A DNA stretch of 64,000 nucleotides from Afipia sp. Lineage in GTDB: Bacteria > Pseudomonadota > Alphaproteobacteria > Rhizobiales > Xanthobacteraceae. The notes below the pieces were generated by a model. It did no database searches. It saw nothing but the letters and a program-made list of their open reading frames with translations, and was not told where the DNA came from. Shown in pieces: positions 35,994 to 45,771 of the stretch (the first letter of the stretch is position 1; each line of letters starts with the position of its first letter). The stretch spans positions 2,520 to 66,519 of the forward strand of contig JAUSAX010000122.1 of NCBI GenBank assembly GCA_030652315.1. Reading direction: 5' to 3'. A program made the position numbers and the translations under genes.

Positions 35994-37003
35994 GCAAGCT
36001 CGTCGTCGTCACAACAGGACCCGCGACGTCGGTTCAGGATGCCGGGCGCTTCGGCGCGCAACGCTATGGCCTCACCACCAGCGGCGCGATGGATCGCGTG
36101 TCGCTGGCAATGGCCAATTGCCTTGCGGGGAATGCGCCGTTCGCCGCAGCGATTGAAATCGGACCATTCGGCGCGTCGTTCACGGCACGCAACGGCGCGG
36201 TCCGTGTGGCTCTCTCAGGTGCGGCGCGTGTTGCGGACATCGCAGGATCGCCGCTGCTGTTGAATGAAACCGCACTGATCGCGGAAGGCGAAACGCTCAA
36301 GCTCGGCGCCGCGCGCAACAGCATGTTCAGCTATCTCGCGATCGAGGGCGGCATCGCGGGCGAACCCGTGTTCGGGAGTTTGTCGGTGAACGCGCGTGCC
36401 GATCTAGGCAGCCCCTTCCCGCGGCCGCTACAGGACGGCGATGCACTGGACGTCGGGACCGCACAGGTCGCTCCCTATGAGCGCGCGCTGGACACGTTCG
36501 ATACGCCGCAGTCGCCGATCCGCGTCGTCATGGGGCCACAGGATGACGAGTTCGGCGCGGCGTGCGATGTGTTTCTCAACAGCGAATGGCGCATCTCCGC
36601 CACCAGCGACCGCATGGGCTATCGGCTCGAAGGTCCGAAAGTGGTTCATCCTGGCGGGCACAACATCGTCTCCGACGGCGCGGTACACGGCAGCATCCAG
36701 GTGCCCGGCAACGGCCAGCCCATCGTTTTGATGGCGGATCACGGCACGACCGGCGGCTATCCCAAGATCGCGACGGTGATCAGCGCCGACCTCGGACGGT
36801 TTGCGCAGATGCCGTCAGGCGCGATCATCCGCTTCAAGGCGATCAGCGTCGAGGACGCGCAGACCGAAGCGCGCAACCTGGCTGAGTTCATGCACGCTCT
36901 GCCCGGCCGCATTCACGCGGCTGGCGGATCGAGCCTCAATCTTGTCGAACTGCAGAAGGCGAATGTTGCAGGCGTCGCCGTGAATGCTATCGACGAGCCA
37001 TAG
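35990..37003 (+). CDS. pxpC: 5-oxoprolinase subunit C
   Basis: QDAGRFG, SGAMD, SDRMGYRL, GSIQVP..GQPI and TTGGYPKI motifs. Confidence 0.9.
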   Translation: MSKLVVVTTGPATSVQDAGRFGAQRYGLTTSGAMDRVSLAMANCLAGNAPFAAAIEIGPFGASFTARNGAVRVALSGAARVADIAGSPLLLNETALIAEGETLKLGAARNSMFSYLAIEGGIAGEPVFGSLSVNARADLGSPFPRPLQDGDALDVGTAQVAPYERALDTFDTPQSPIRVVMGPQDDEFGAACDVFLNSEWRISATSDRMGYRLEGPKVVHPGGHNIVSDGAVHGSIQVPGNGQPIVLMADHGTTGGYPKIATVISADLGRFAQMPSGAIIRFKAISVEDAQTEARNLAEFMHALPGRIHAAGGSSLNLVELQKANVAGVAVNAIDEP

Positions 37004-37093
37004 CGTTTTCAAGCGAAGCATGCCCTCGGGTTTGACCCGGGGGTGGGAACCGGTTCGCGTCAAGAAAACGCGTCAAAGTAAAACGAACCTTAG
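37001..37093. repeat. TAG-bounded small palindromic element (rhizobial RS/MITE-like)
   Basis: AGCGTTTTC...GAAAACGCG inverted arms with an inner hairpin. It begins at the pxpC stop codon and ends at another TAG. Confidence 0.55.
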
Positions 37094-37105
37094 CGAGGCG
37101 TATCC

Positions 37106-37870
37106 ATGACCATCGACCTCAACAGTGATCTCGGCGAAGGTTTCGGCACATGGGACATGGGCAACGACGACGCGATGCTGGGCCTCGCCAGCAGCGTCAA
37201 CGTCGCCTGCGGATTCCATGCCGGCGATTCCGACATCATGCTCAAGACCGCAAAGCTTGCGAAGGAGCGTGGCGTCAGCATCGGCGCGCATCCCGGTTAC
37301 CGCGACCTGCACGGCTTCGGACGCCGGCCGGTCCCCGGACTAAAATCATCAGAGATCGAAACCATGGTCGCCTACCAGATCGGCGCGTTGCAGGCGGTCG
37401 CCGCGCTGGCCGGTCACAAGGTCACCCACGTCAAGGCGCATGGCGCGCTCTCCAATGTCGGGTGTGTCGACGACATGACGGCGCGCGCCATCGCCGCTGC
37501 GATCAAGGCCGTCGATCCGAATTTGTATTTCGTGGTGCTGCCGAACACCGCGCTGGTCCGCGCCGGCGAAGCCGCCGGGCTGAAACTGATCTATGAGGTG
37601 TTCGCCGACCGCGCCTACGAGGACGACGCGCAGCTCGTGGCGCGCAGCAAGCCCGGATCGGTGCTGCACGATCCGGCGCAGATCGCGCAGCGCGTGGTGC
37701 GCATGGTGCAGGACAACGCCATTACCGCAGCATCTGGCAAAATCATCCCGGTGAAGATCGATACCGTCTGCATCCACGGCGACACGCCGGGCGCGGTCGA
37801 CATCGCGCGCAAGGTGCGTGCGGATTTGGAAAGTAACGGCATCGCCGTCGCGCCGTTCAGTAAACGATAG
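37106..37870 (+). CDS. pxpA: 5-oxoprolinase subunit A (LamB/YcsF)
   Basis: [25 protein letters not shown] and CIHGD motifs. Confidence 0.92.
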   Translation: MTIDLNSDLGEGFGTWDMGNDDAMLGLASSVNVACGFHAGDSDIMLKTAKLAKERGVSIGAHPGYRDLHGFGRRPVPGLKSSEIETMVAYQIGALQAVAALAGHKVTHVKAHGALSNVGCVDDMTARAIAAAIKAVDPNLYFVVLPNTALVRAGEAAGLKLIYEVFADRAYEDDAQLVARSKPGSVLHDPAQIAQRVVRMVQDNAITAASGKIIPVKIDTVCIHGDTPGAVDIARKVRADLESNGIAVAPFSKR

Positions 37871-37879
37871 ATCTCCACC

Positions 37880-37941
37880 CGTCATTGCGAGCGAAGCGAA
37901 GCAATCCAGAGCCACAAGAAAGAACTGGATTGCTTCGTCGT
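37880..37941. repeat. REP-like family B copy, right end truncated
   Basis: CGTCATTGCGAGCGAAGCGAAGCAATCCAG...CTGGATTGCTTCG; related copies at 52752 and 57011. Confidence 0.85.
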
Positions 37942-37982
37942 TAAGCTTGAACGAATTCGCCCCCCCCCTCAACATTTTCAAT

Positions 37983-38069
37983 GTCATGCCCGGGCGTGTC
38001 CCGGGCATCCCGATCATCATGGCGCAGTGTCCAATCAATCGAGATCACCGGCACAAGGCCGGTGATGAC
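37983..38069. repeat. REP-like family A copy
   Basis: GTCATGCCCGGG...CCCGGGCATC / CCGGCACAAGGCCGGTGATGAC. Confidence 0.8.
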
Positions 38070-38088
38070 AAACTAAGACTTCAACAGG

Positions 38089-40794
38089 TTAGCTCGCGGC
38101 GCTAGCTTCCATCGGCTGCTGCACGTCGGTCTGTGCGATCAGGCGCTTCAGTTCGGGGATACACGAGCCGCAATTGGTGCCGGCCTTCAGCTTCGCGCCG
38201 ATCTCGGCAGCGGTGCGTGAGCCTTCCGCGATCACGCCGCAGATCGCGTTGCGTCCGACGCCGAAACACGCACACACCACGGGGCCATTACTCGCGACGC
38301 CATCCGCGGACTTCCCCGACAATAGCAACCGCCGCTGGTCGTCGCTGATCGTCTCCGCTGCGAACGCCGCCTTCACCGCGTCCCAGTTGGGTGCAGCTTC
38401 CGCCGGGCCGATGAACAGACAAGCCTCCAGCGTGTCGCCAGAGAACTGCGCCGCACGATAGACACCGTGTGCGGCGTCTTCATATTCGGCGATCTGTCCG
38501 GCTTCACCCAGCGGTGTGAGAAAAGTTCTCCAGCTCACTGCATCGAGATTGCTGGCAAGCAGATAACCATAGCCGCCGGACACCGCCACGCGCGACCACC
38601 ACACGCCTTTCGGAAACGACATCGGCTTGCGCGACAGCGCGAAACCGCGCTGGGCAAACGTCACAGCCTCGATCGCAACCGGCGTCGCCTTGTTCTCCGG
38701 CTGCCCGGAGAACGGATCGGTGAAGGGTGCTACCAGCGCGCCGATCCGCCCCGATGCGGAATTTTCGTCGCTCCAGTGGATCGGCGCGAACAGCATGCCG
38801 CGCTGCTGCCGTTCGGAGACCACCACCTTTAGAATGCACTGGCCGAGATCGGTCGCAAGCCGCGCGAAACCGCCGTCGATGATGTCCGCCTGCGCGGCAT
38901 CCGCCGGATGAATCTCGACGTAAGGCTCGGGTAAGTGTTGTCCAAGGCGTGGGCTGAGACCGGTGCGCGTCATGGTGTGCCACTGGTCGCGGATGCGTCC
39001 GGTGTTCAGACGCAGCGGCCGCGCCGCCGAGGTCGCGCCGCGCAGCACTGGAATGTCTGGCGCAATGAAGTGTCCCTTGCGGTCGGATGTGTAGTACCTG
39101 CCCTCGGCGAAGAAACGCGGCTGCGGTTCAGTCGCCCCATCCGGCATCGGCCACATCATCGGCGGCATGTCATCAAAGCCGTCATCTTCGATCGATGCGA
39201 GCGCACCGATATCGAAATCGCGGCTACCGCGATTTTCAAACGCGGACAGCGCGGCATGTTCGCGAAAGATATCGGCGGCGGAGTTGTAGGCGAACGCCGC
39301 GCCGTAACCGAGACGCTTCGCCACCTCGCTCATGATCCACCAGTCCGACTTCGTCTGTCCCGGCGGCGGAAGGAATGCGCGCTGGCGTGAGATCCGGCGC
39401 TCGGAATTCGTCACCGTGCCGGACTTCTCGCCCCAGGCGTGCGCGGGCAGCAACACATGCGCGCCGGAATTGATGCTGTCGTTGGATTGCACGTTCTCCG
39501 AGATCACCAGCAGATCGAGCTTGCGCATCGCCGCGCGAACCGCGTCCGCGTTCGGCAGCGACACCGCCGGGTTGGTGCCCATCACCCACAGCGCCTTGAT
39601 CTCCCCGCGCCCGATTGCCTGGAACATCTGAACGGCCTTGAGGCCCTCATGGGTGGCGATGCGCGGCGCTTTCCAGAACCGGCGCACGCGGTCGATGTCC
39701 GGCGGCGTGAAGCCCATATGGGCCGCGAGCTGATTGGCAAGACCGCCAACCTCGCGCCCGCCCATGGCATTCGGCTGGCCAGTCAGAGAGAACGGCGATG
39801 CACCGGGCTTGCCTATGCGTCCGGTCGCGAGATGACAGTTGATGATCGCGTTGACCTTGTCGGTGCCCTGCGCCGACTGATTGACGCCCTGCGAATACAG
39901 CGTCACTACGCGCGGCGTTTTCGCGAACATCTGGAAGAACGCCGCGACGTCGGATTCTGACAGTCCTGTCGCCAGGGCGGTCGCGGTCACGCTACCGGCG
40001 ATGATGCGCGCCTTCGCCAACCCTTCAGCGAAACCAGCGGTGTGCTCTTCGATATAGGTGTGATCGAGCGCGCCATTGTCCGCGAGGTACGACAACAATC
40101 CGCTGAACAGCGCCGTGTCGGTGCCGGGCTTGAGCCCGAGAAACAGATCGGCGTCGCCGGAGGTCTCGGTCTGCCGCGGATCGATCACGACGATGCGTGC
40201 GCCGCGCGTCTGCTTGTTGGCGATCATGCGCTGAAACAGGATCGGATGACACCAGGCCGCGTTCGATCCGACCAGCACCAGCAGGTCTGCCTCGTCGAGA
40301 TCCTCGTAACAGCCCGGCACGGTGTCGGAGCCGAACGCGCGGCGGTGACCCGCGACCGACGAGGACATGCAGAGCCGCGAATTGGTGTCGACATTCGCCG
40401 TGCCGATGAATCCCTTCATCAGCTTGTTGGCAACGTAGTAGTCTTCCGTCAGCAACTGACCCGACAGATAGAATCCGACCGAACCCGGCCCATGCTTTGC
40501 GATGATGTGCTGAAGCCGGCTGGCGACGTGATCGAGCGCGTCGGTCCACGCCACCTGTTCGAACTTTCCGTTCGAACAGCGGATCATCGGATTCAGTAGT
40601 CGTTCGCTCAGGCCAAGCGTTTCGCCGAGCGCCGAACCTTTGGAGCATAGCCGTCCGAAATTGGCCGGATGCGCCGGGTCGCCGGCAATCGTCGCACCGC
40701 CCTTGCCGTCAGGCGTGGCGATCACGCCGCAGCCGACGCCGCAATAGGGGCACGTGGTTTTTGTGGGAGCGAGGGACGGATCCACGTTCGTCAT
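38089..40794 (-). CDS. nasA: assimilatory nitrate reductase catalytic subunit
   Basis: TTCPYCGVGC, GRLCSKG, NSRLCMSS, GQPNAMGGRE and NTGRIRDQWHTM motifs; C-terminal BFD-like C.C...CGSC. Confidence 0.95.
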   Translation of the reverse strand: MTNVDPSLAPTKTTCPYCGVGCGVIATPDGKGGATIAGDPAHPANFGRLCSKGSALGETLGLSERLLNPMIRCSNGKFEQVAWTDALDHVASRLQHIIAKHGPGSVGFYLSGQLLTEDYYVANKLMKGFIGTANVDTNSRLCMSSSVAGHRRAFGSDTVPGCYEDLDEADLLVLVGSNAAWCHPILFQRMIANKQTRGARIVVIDPRQTETSGDADLFLGLKPGTDTALFSGLLSYLADNGALDHTYIEEHTAGFAEGLAKARIIAGSVTATALATGLSESDVAAFFQMFAKTPRVVTLYSQGVNQSAQGTDKVNAIINCHLATGRIGKPGASPFSLTGQPNAMGGREVGGLANQLAAHMGFTPPDIDRVRRFWKAPRIATHEGLKAVQMFQAIGRGEIKALWVMGTNPAVSLPNADAVRAAMRKLDLLVISENVQSNDSINSGAHVLLPAHAWGEKSGTVTNSERRISRQRAFLPPPGQTKSDWWIMSEVAKRLGYGAAFAYNSAADIFREHAALSAFENRGSRDFDIGALASIEDDGFDDMPPMMWPMPDGATEPQPRFFAEGRYYTSDRKGHFIAPDIPVLRGATSAARPLRLNTGRIRDQWHTMTRTGLSPRLGQHLPEPYVEIHPADAAQADIIDGGFARLATDLGQCILKVVVSERQQRGMLFAPIHWSDENSASGRIGALVAPFTDPFSGQPENKATPVAIEAVTFAQRGFALSRKPMSFPKGVWWSRVAVSGGYGYLLASNLDAVSWRTFLTPLGEAGQIAEYEDAAHGVYRAAQFSGDTLEACLFIGPAEAAPNWDAVKAAFAAETISDDQRRLLLSGKSADGVASNGPVVCACFGVGRNAICGVIAEGSRTAAEIGAKLKAGTNCGSCIPELKRLIAQTDVQQPMEASAAS

Positions 40795-40825
40795 GCGGTT
40801 CCCCGCATGGCTAACGGATCAAAGG

Positions 40826-40978
40826 TCAGAACGGATGATAGGACAGCGTGCCGAACACGATGGCTGCGATCAGTGCGAACGAACCGTACACCGCGAACAT
40901 ATGCATGCGGTTGTCCGGCTCCGCTTGAGCGGAGGCCGCCCGGGCATGGGCTTCTATTCCAGACACAACATCGCGCAT
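40826..40978 (-). CDS. 50-aa single-pass membrane protein inside the nas cluster, not in ORF track
   Basis: GGAG 7 nt before the ATG; MRDVVSGIEAHARAASAQAEPDNRMHMFAVYGSFALIAAIVFGTLSYHPF. Confidence 0.55.
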   Translation of the reverse strand: MRDVVSGIEAHARAASAQAEPDNRMHMFAVYGSFALIAAIVFGTLSYHPF

Positions 40979-41161
40979 CGCCGATCTCCAATCGATCACG
41001 TGATGCGATATTGAATTGCTTTGTCAGTGACTTACAAGGAGCGGCGGAAAAAGACGATAAAGTTGCCTTCGCCTGCGCCGGGAGAGAGAAAATTCCTCCC
41101 GTTGCAGCCTGCGGAGAACAAACTGTCTCCGGCGGAACCGGTGATTTGCCCCTGCCCGCCA

Positions 41162-42775
41162 TCAATAGACGTCCTGCTGGTAGCGGCCCTTTTTCTTCAG
41201 ATCGGCCACAAAGGCGATTGCTTCGTCGGTGGATCGCGCGCCGAACTGGGATGTGATGTCCACCAGCGCGCGCTCGACGTCCTTCGCCATCCGCTTGGCG
41301 TCGCCGCAAACGTAAACGTGTGCGCCGTCCGCGAGCCAGTTCCACAACTCGCGGCCGACCTCGCGCATGCGGTCCTGCACGTAGAACTTTTCCGCGCCGT
41401 CACGCGACCATGCCAGCGACAATCGCGTCAGCACGCCGGACGCCTTCATCGCGTTCAACTCGTCGGAATAGAAGAAATCGTATTCGCTGCGCTGATGGCC
41501 GAAGAACAGCCAGTTGCGGCCCGGCGCCTTGGTGGCCTGACGGTCGTGCAGGAACGCGCGGAACGGCGCGATGCCGGTGCCGGGGCCGATCATGATGATC
41601 GGCGTATTCGGGTCCTGCGGGAGCCCGAAGCCGTGAGCCTTCTGCACATAAACGCCAAGCTGTTCGCCGGGATTAATCCGCTCCGCGAGGAACGTCGACG
41701 CAAGGCCGAGCCGCTTGCGCTTGCCGATCACATAACGCACCGCATCGACGGTGAGCGACAGCTTGCCCGGCGTGGCATTGTGCGACGACGATATCGAATA
41801 GAGACGCGGCTGCAACGGTTCGAGCGCTTCGACGAAGGCTTCCGGGTGCGGTCGCACGCCGGAAAACTTCTGCAACGCCGCCAACACATCGAGATTGGCG
41901 GCGTCGCCATCCGGATCGTCGCCGGACGCCAGCGCCCGCGCCTTCTCCCGCTGCGCGCCGCCGGTCACGAACGAGATCAGTTCGAACAGCGTATCCGGTG
42001 CAGGAGCAAGCGACACATCATTAAGCAGCACCTCGCGCAGTGGCTTGCCGTTGACCTCAACCATGTGCGACGCGCCGAGCATGGCGATAATCTGATCGAC
42101 AAGGCCGAGTTCATTGGCCGCGAACACGCCGAATGAGTCGCCCACCACATAATCGAGGCCCGCCTGCGCGAGATCGAACTCGATATGCCAGGTCTCCTTC
42201 TCGGAGCCCGGTTTGTTGACAGGACGGCGCGACAGAAACGAGGCCTTCACGGGATTGTCGCGCGACCGTCCCGGCTCTGCTGGTGCAGCAGCGACAGGTG
42301 CGATGGCTGGTGGGGTTGCGGGAGACGATGCCGCAGCCGGTTCCTTTTCAAATTCCTCATAAAGCGACTTGAGCATCCGCGCGGTTTCCTTGCCGCCCGG
42401 AACGCAGAGATTGAGGCGCGCCTCGGACTTGTTGGCAATCACCTCGGAATAGTCGTGGCAGTTGTAGCCGCATTGGCCACAATCCTGCTGCGCCATCGCC
42501 GCCATCATCTTGCGCCGGACGGGACGGCCCTCCGCGAGTTTCATGCGGTCAGCGATCGGCATGGTCTGGTCGTGCCACGGCGCTTCGCCGTCATCGCCGT
42601 CGCCGGCGGCTCCCTTCATGACGGCCGCGCCCTGCTCCGCCGACAACGGCGTCACGGCGTTATCTAGCGAAACCAGACCGGCGAAGAAGCCGTTCAGCCA
42701 CGAGCGCTGTTCCTGCGAGAACGGCGCTGTTTCGGGAATGATCTCGAAGTTCGGTGTTGGAGAAAGCTGATTCAT
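41162..42775 (-). CDS. CysJ-like FAD/NADPH reductase with an N-terminal Fe-S domain (NirA partner)
   Basis: DCGQCGYNC...LC; RLYSISS, GPGTGIAPF, YVCGD and YQQDVY motifs. Confidence 0.88.
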   Translation of the reverse strand: MNQLSPTPNFEIIPETAPFSQEQRSWLNGFFAGLVSLDNAVTPLSAEQGAAVMKGAAGDGDDGEAPWHDQTMPIADRMKLAEGRPVRRKMMAAMAQQDCGQCGYNCHDYSEVIANKSEARLNLCVPGGKETARMLKSLYEEFEKEPAAASSPATPPAIAPVAAAPAEPGRSRDNPVKASFLSRRPVNKPGSEKETWHIEFDLAQAGLDYVVGDSFGVFAANELGLVDQIIAMLGASHMVEVNGKPLREVLLNDVSLAPAPDTLFELISFVTGGAQREKARALASGDDPDGDAANLDVLAALQKFSGVRPHPEAFVEALEPLQPRLYSISSSHNATPGKLSLTVDAVRYVIGKRKRLGLASTFLAERINPGEQLGVYVQKAHGFGLPQDPNTPIIMIGPGTGIAPFRAFLHDRQATKAPGRNWLFFGHQRSEYDFFYSDELNAMKASGVLTRLSLAWSRDGAEKFYVQDRMREVGRELWNWLADGAHVYVCGDAKRMAKDVERALVDITSQFGARSTDEAIAFVADLKKKGRYQQDVY

Positions 42776-44529
42776 GCTGCCACTCCCTCGCCGATCAACT
42801 GGCGCAGCGCATCAACATCGTGGCGGCTGGCGAAGCTGATGAAGGTTTCCTCATCGGAGGCGCGATTGGCGACATAGGCTCTCAGCACGCGCTCGACAGT
42901 GCGCGGCGCATCCTCGGCTTTCACGTTCTGGAACAGCTCGCGCCCCATGGTCGCCTCGGTGCCGAACCCGCCGCCGACCAGCAGGTGATAACCGTCGACG
43001 GTGTCGCCATCGTCGTTGATCGGAACACGTGCTCCGATCAGGCCGATGTCACCGATGTAATGCTGCGCGCAGGAATGATGACATCCGGTGAGATGAATAT
43101 TCACCGGCGTCTCCAGCGGCACGCGCTCCTCGCACCACGCGGCGATTTCGTCGGCATTCTCCTTGGTGTGGGCAGCCGCGAAGCGGCAACCGGTCGCTCC
43201 GGTGCAGGCGATCAGACCCGCGCGGAGAGCCGAGGTCTCGGTTGCGAGGCCTAACGCCTCAGTGGCGGCGGTCACCGTCGCGACGTTTGCGTCGGCTACC
43301 CCGGAGATCAGCAGGTTCTGCCAGACCGTGAGACGGATATCGCCATCGCCGAAATCGGCAGCGAGTTTGGCAAGCCCGCGGATCTGCTCGGGAGACAACC
43401 GGCCGAGTTTCAGCGCAACGCCGATCCAGTTCAGGCCGGCCTGCTTCTGCGGATGCACGCCGATATGCGCGAAGCGGTCATAGGCCGGGCGCGGCGCAAG
43501 GGCTTCAGCCGGGACACGCGCCAGCTTGCGGCCCAGCTTCTCCTCGACAGCAGCGAGAAACTTGTCGAAACCCCACGCGTCGAGCACGTACTTCAGCCGC
43601 GCCTTGTTGCGGTTGGTCCGGTCGCCGTGCTCGATGAAGACGCGCACGATCTTGTCGGCAAGGTCGGTCGCTTCCTGCGGCTTCAGAATGACGCCGGTGT
43701 CGCGGGCAAAATCCTTGTGGCCGGTAATGCCGCCCAGCGCCAGCCGGAAGTAAATTCCCGGATCGACGCCAAAGCCTTCAAGCACCTCGACCGCTTGAAA
43801 GGCAATGTCGTTGGTTTCCTCAAGCGTGGCGATGCGCCCTGCTCCGTCGAACGCCACGTTAAACTTGCGCGGCAGGCCGTACAGCGCGCGCTCGTTGAGA
43901 ATGTGAAAATGCCAGTCGCGGGCGTAGCGCCTTGTATCGAGAATTTCCTGCGGATCGATGCCAGCGGTCGACGTGCCGGTGACGTTGCGGATGTTGTCCG
44001 CGCCTGAACCGCGCGAGCACAGCCCGAGATCCTGAAGTCCCTCGATGACGTTGACAGCATTCTTCGGTTCGATTTCGCGAAGCTGAAGATTGGCGCGCGT
44101 CGTCACATGGGCATAGGGACCGCCGAAATTTTCCGCGAGGTCCGCGACGCCCGCGAACTGCCAGTGCTTGAGGATGCCGTTTGGAATACGAAGACGGCAC
44201 ATATAGGACGCCTGTGTCGGCGCGACGTAGAAGATGCCGTAATAGCGCCAGCGGAAATTGTCCTGCGGCTTCGGCGCTTCGTTGATCTTCGCCTGCTTGA
44301 CCAGCCGTGGATAGGCATCGAACGGATGCTCGTCGCGCTTGAATTTTTCCTGATCGTTGAGCTTGCCGCCTGCCGCAACGGTGCGATCCTGCGCCTTGAA
44401 ATGAATGGCGTCAGGCCCGACTGGTTCCGACCTCGCCGGAGCGCTGGTGCGCGCGACGCGCGAGGCAGAGAGTCCCGATACGAATCCTTCGAGATAGCGC
44501 TTCTGATCCGGAGAAAAATCGCTGGACAT
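42772..44529 (-). CDS. nirA: ferredoxin-type nitrite reductase (siroheme/4Fe-4S)
   Basis: FRWRYYG, TTRANLQ, LPRKFNVA, ACTGATGC and TGCHHSC motifs. Confidence 0.92.
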   Translation of the reverse strand: MSSDFSPDQKRYLEGFVSGLSASRVARTSAPARSEPVGPDAIHFKAQDRTVAAGGKLNDQEKFKRDEHPFDAYPRLVKQAKINEAPKPQDNFRWRYYGIFYVAPTQASYMCRLRIPNGILKHWQFAGVADLAENFGGPYAHVTTRANLQLREIEPKNAVNVIEGLQDLGLCSRGSGADNIRNVTGTSTAGIDPQEILDTRRYARDWHFHILNERALYGLPRKFNVAFDGAGRIATLEETNDIAFQAVEVLEGFGVDPGIYFRLALGGITGHKDFARDTGVILKPQEATDLADKIVRVFIEHGDRTNRNKARLKYVLDAWGFDKFLAAVEEKLGRKLARVPAEALAPRPAYDRFAHIGVHPQKQAGLNWIGVALKLGRLSPEQIRGLAKLAADFGDGDIRLTVWQNLLISGVADANVATVTAATEALGLATETSALRAGLIACTGATGCRFAAAHTKENADEIAAWCEERVPLETPVNIHLTGCHHSCAQHYIGDIGLIGARVPINDDGDTVDGYHLLVGGGFGTEATMGRELFQNVKAEDAPRTVERVLRAYVANRASDEETFISFASRHDVDALRQLIGEGVAA

Positions 44530-44532
44530 GTC

Positions 44533-45762
44533 TCATGCGGCCTTTGATCGGGACGGGTCGGGTTGTGCGAGCGCGCGGCCGAACATCATGTCGCCGCGGA
44601 TCGCTTCGATGGACGCCGTTGTCCTGATCAGTTCAAGGTACCAGAGCGCATCCTGCGTATCGCCGACCAGGACCGCTCCCGTGAGGCGGCCGTCGGCCAC
44701 CACCAGCTTCTTGTAAGTGCCACGCCGTTCGTCATTGAACACGAGCGTGTCGGCGCCGGACTCGCCGAGAAAATCGCCAGCCGAAAACACGCTGACGCCG
44801 GAGACTTTGAGATTCGTGGAAACAACGCTGCCGTCGTACTGCGCCGGACGCCCTGCAAGATGACCTGCCAGCTCGCGGGCCTGTTCGTAGGCGGGTTCGA
44901 CGAGCCCGTAACACGTTCCCCGATGTTCGGCGCATTCGCCGAGCGCAAACACGTCGGCGCTGCCCGTCCGCAACTGATCGTCGACGACGATACCCCGATT
45001 GACCGGCACGCCTGCGTCTTTCGCCAGCGCAACATTCGGCCGGATGCCCGCGGCAAAGACCACGGCATCGGCGGCGATGATCCGTCCGTCGGCAAGTTCA
45101 ATGCCCTGCGTCGTCTCTTCGCCGATGATCTGTTTGGTATTGGCGCCAAGTAGAACCTCGATGCCCTTCCCTTCAACGAGTCGTTTCAGAAGCGCTGCGG
45201 CCGGCGCATCGAGCTGCCGCTCCATCAGGCGGTCCATCAAATGTAGCAGCGTCACTCTGGAGCCGGCCTTGGCGAGTCCATAAGCCGCCTCCAAGCCGAG
45301 CAACCCGCCGCCGACCACGACGACGCGCTTTTTCTCGTGCGCGAGTTTCAGCAACAGATCGACGTCACGGCTGTCACGGAACGTATGGACCCCCGGCAGG
45401 TCAGCGCCGGGGACGTTCAGCCGGATCGCCGTCGAACCGGTGGCGATGACCACCTTGGAGTACGGAACGGCTGCGCCGTTCGCGAGATGGATCGTGCGCG
45501 CGTTCAGGTCGATCGAACTGGCGGCGCAGCCGTAGGTCAGTGTCACGCCCCGGTCGCGCCACCATGATGCCGATCGCAGCTCGATCTCCTGCGACGTCGC
45601 TTCACCCGCCAGCACCGATGACAGCAGCACGCGGTTGTACGCGAGCCTCGGCTCGTCACCGATCACGGCAATGGCGTAGCGGCCGAGCGCGCGCTTCGCC
45701 ATCTCCTCGACAAAGCGAGCGGCGGCCATTCCGTTGCCGATGATGACAAGAGGTTCGCTCAT
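44533..45762 (-). CDS. FAD-dependent NAD(P)H oxidoreductase (NirB N-terminal / Flp-like electron donor)
   Basis: IGNGMAA, YNRVLLS, GGGLLGLEAA, ALGECAEH and TNLKVSG motifs. Confidence 0.9.
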   Translation of the reverse strand: MSEPLVIIGNGMAAARFVEEMAKRALGRYAIAVIGDEPRLAYNRVLLSSVLAGEATSQEIELRSASWWRDRGVTLTYGCAASSIDLNARTIHLANGAAVPYSKVVIATGSTAIRLNVPGADLPGVHTFRDSRDVDLLLKLAHEKKRVVVVGGGLLGLEAAYGLAKAGSRVTLLHLMDRLMERQLDAPAAALLKRLVEGKGIEVLLGANTKQIIGEETTQGIELADGRIIAADAVVFAAGIRPNVALAKDAGVPVNRGIVVDDQLRTGSADVFALGECAEHRGTCYGLVEPAYEQARELAGHLAGRPAQYDGSVVSTNLKVSGVSVFSAGDFLGESGADTLVFNDERRGTYKKLVVADGRLTGAVLVGDTQDALWYLELIRTTASIEAIRGDMMFGRALAQPDPSRSKAA

Positions 45763-45771
45763 GCCGCGCTC

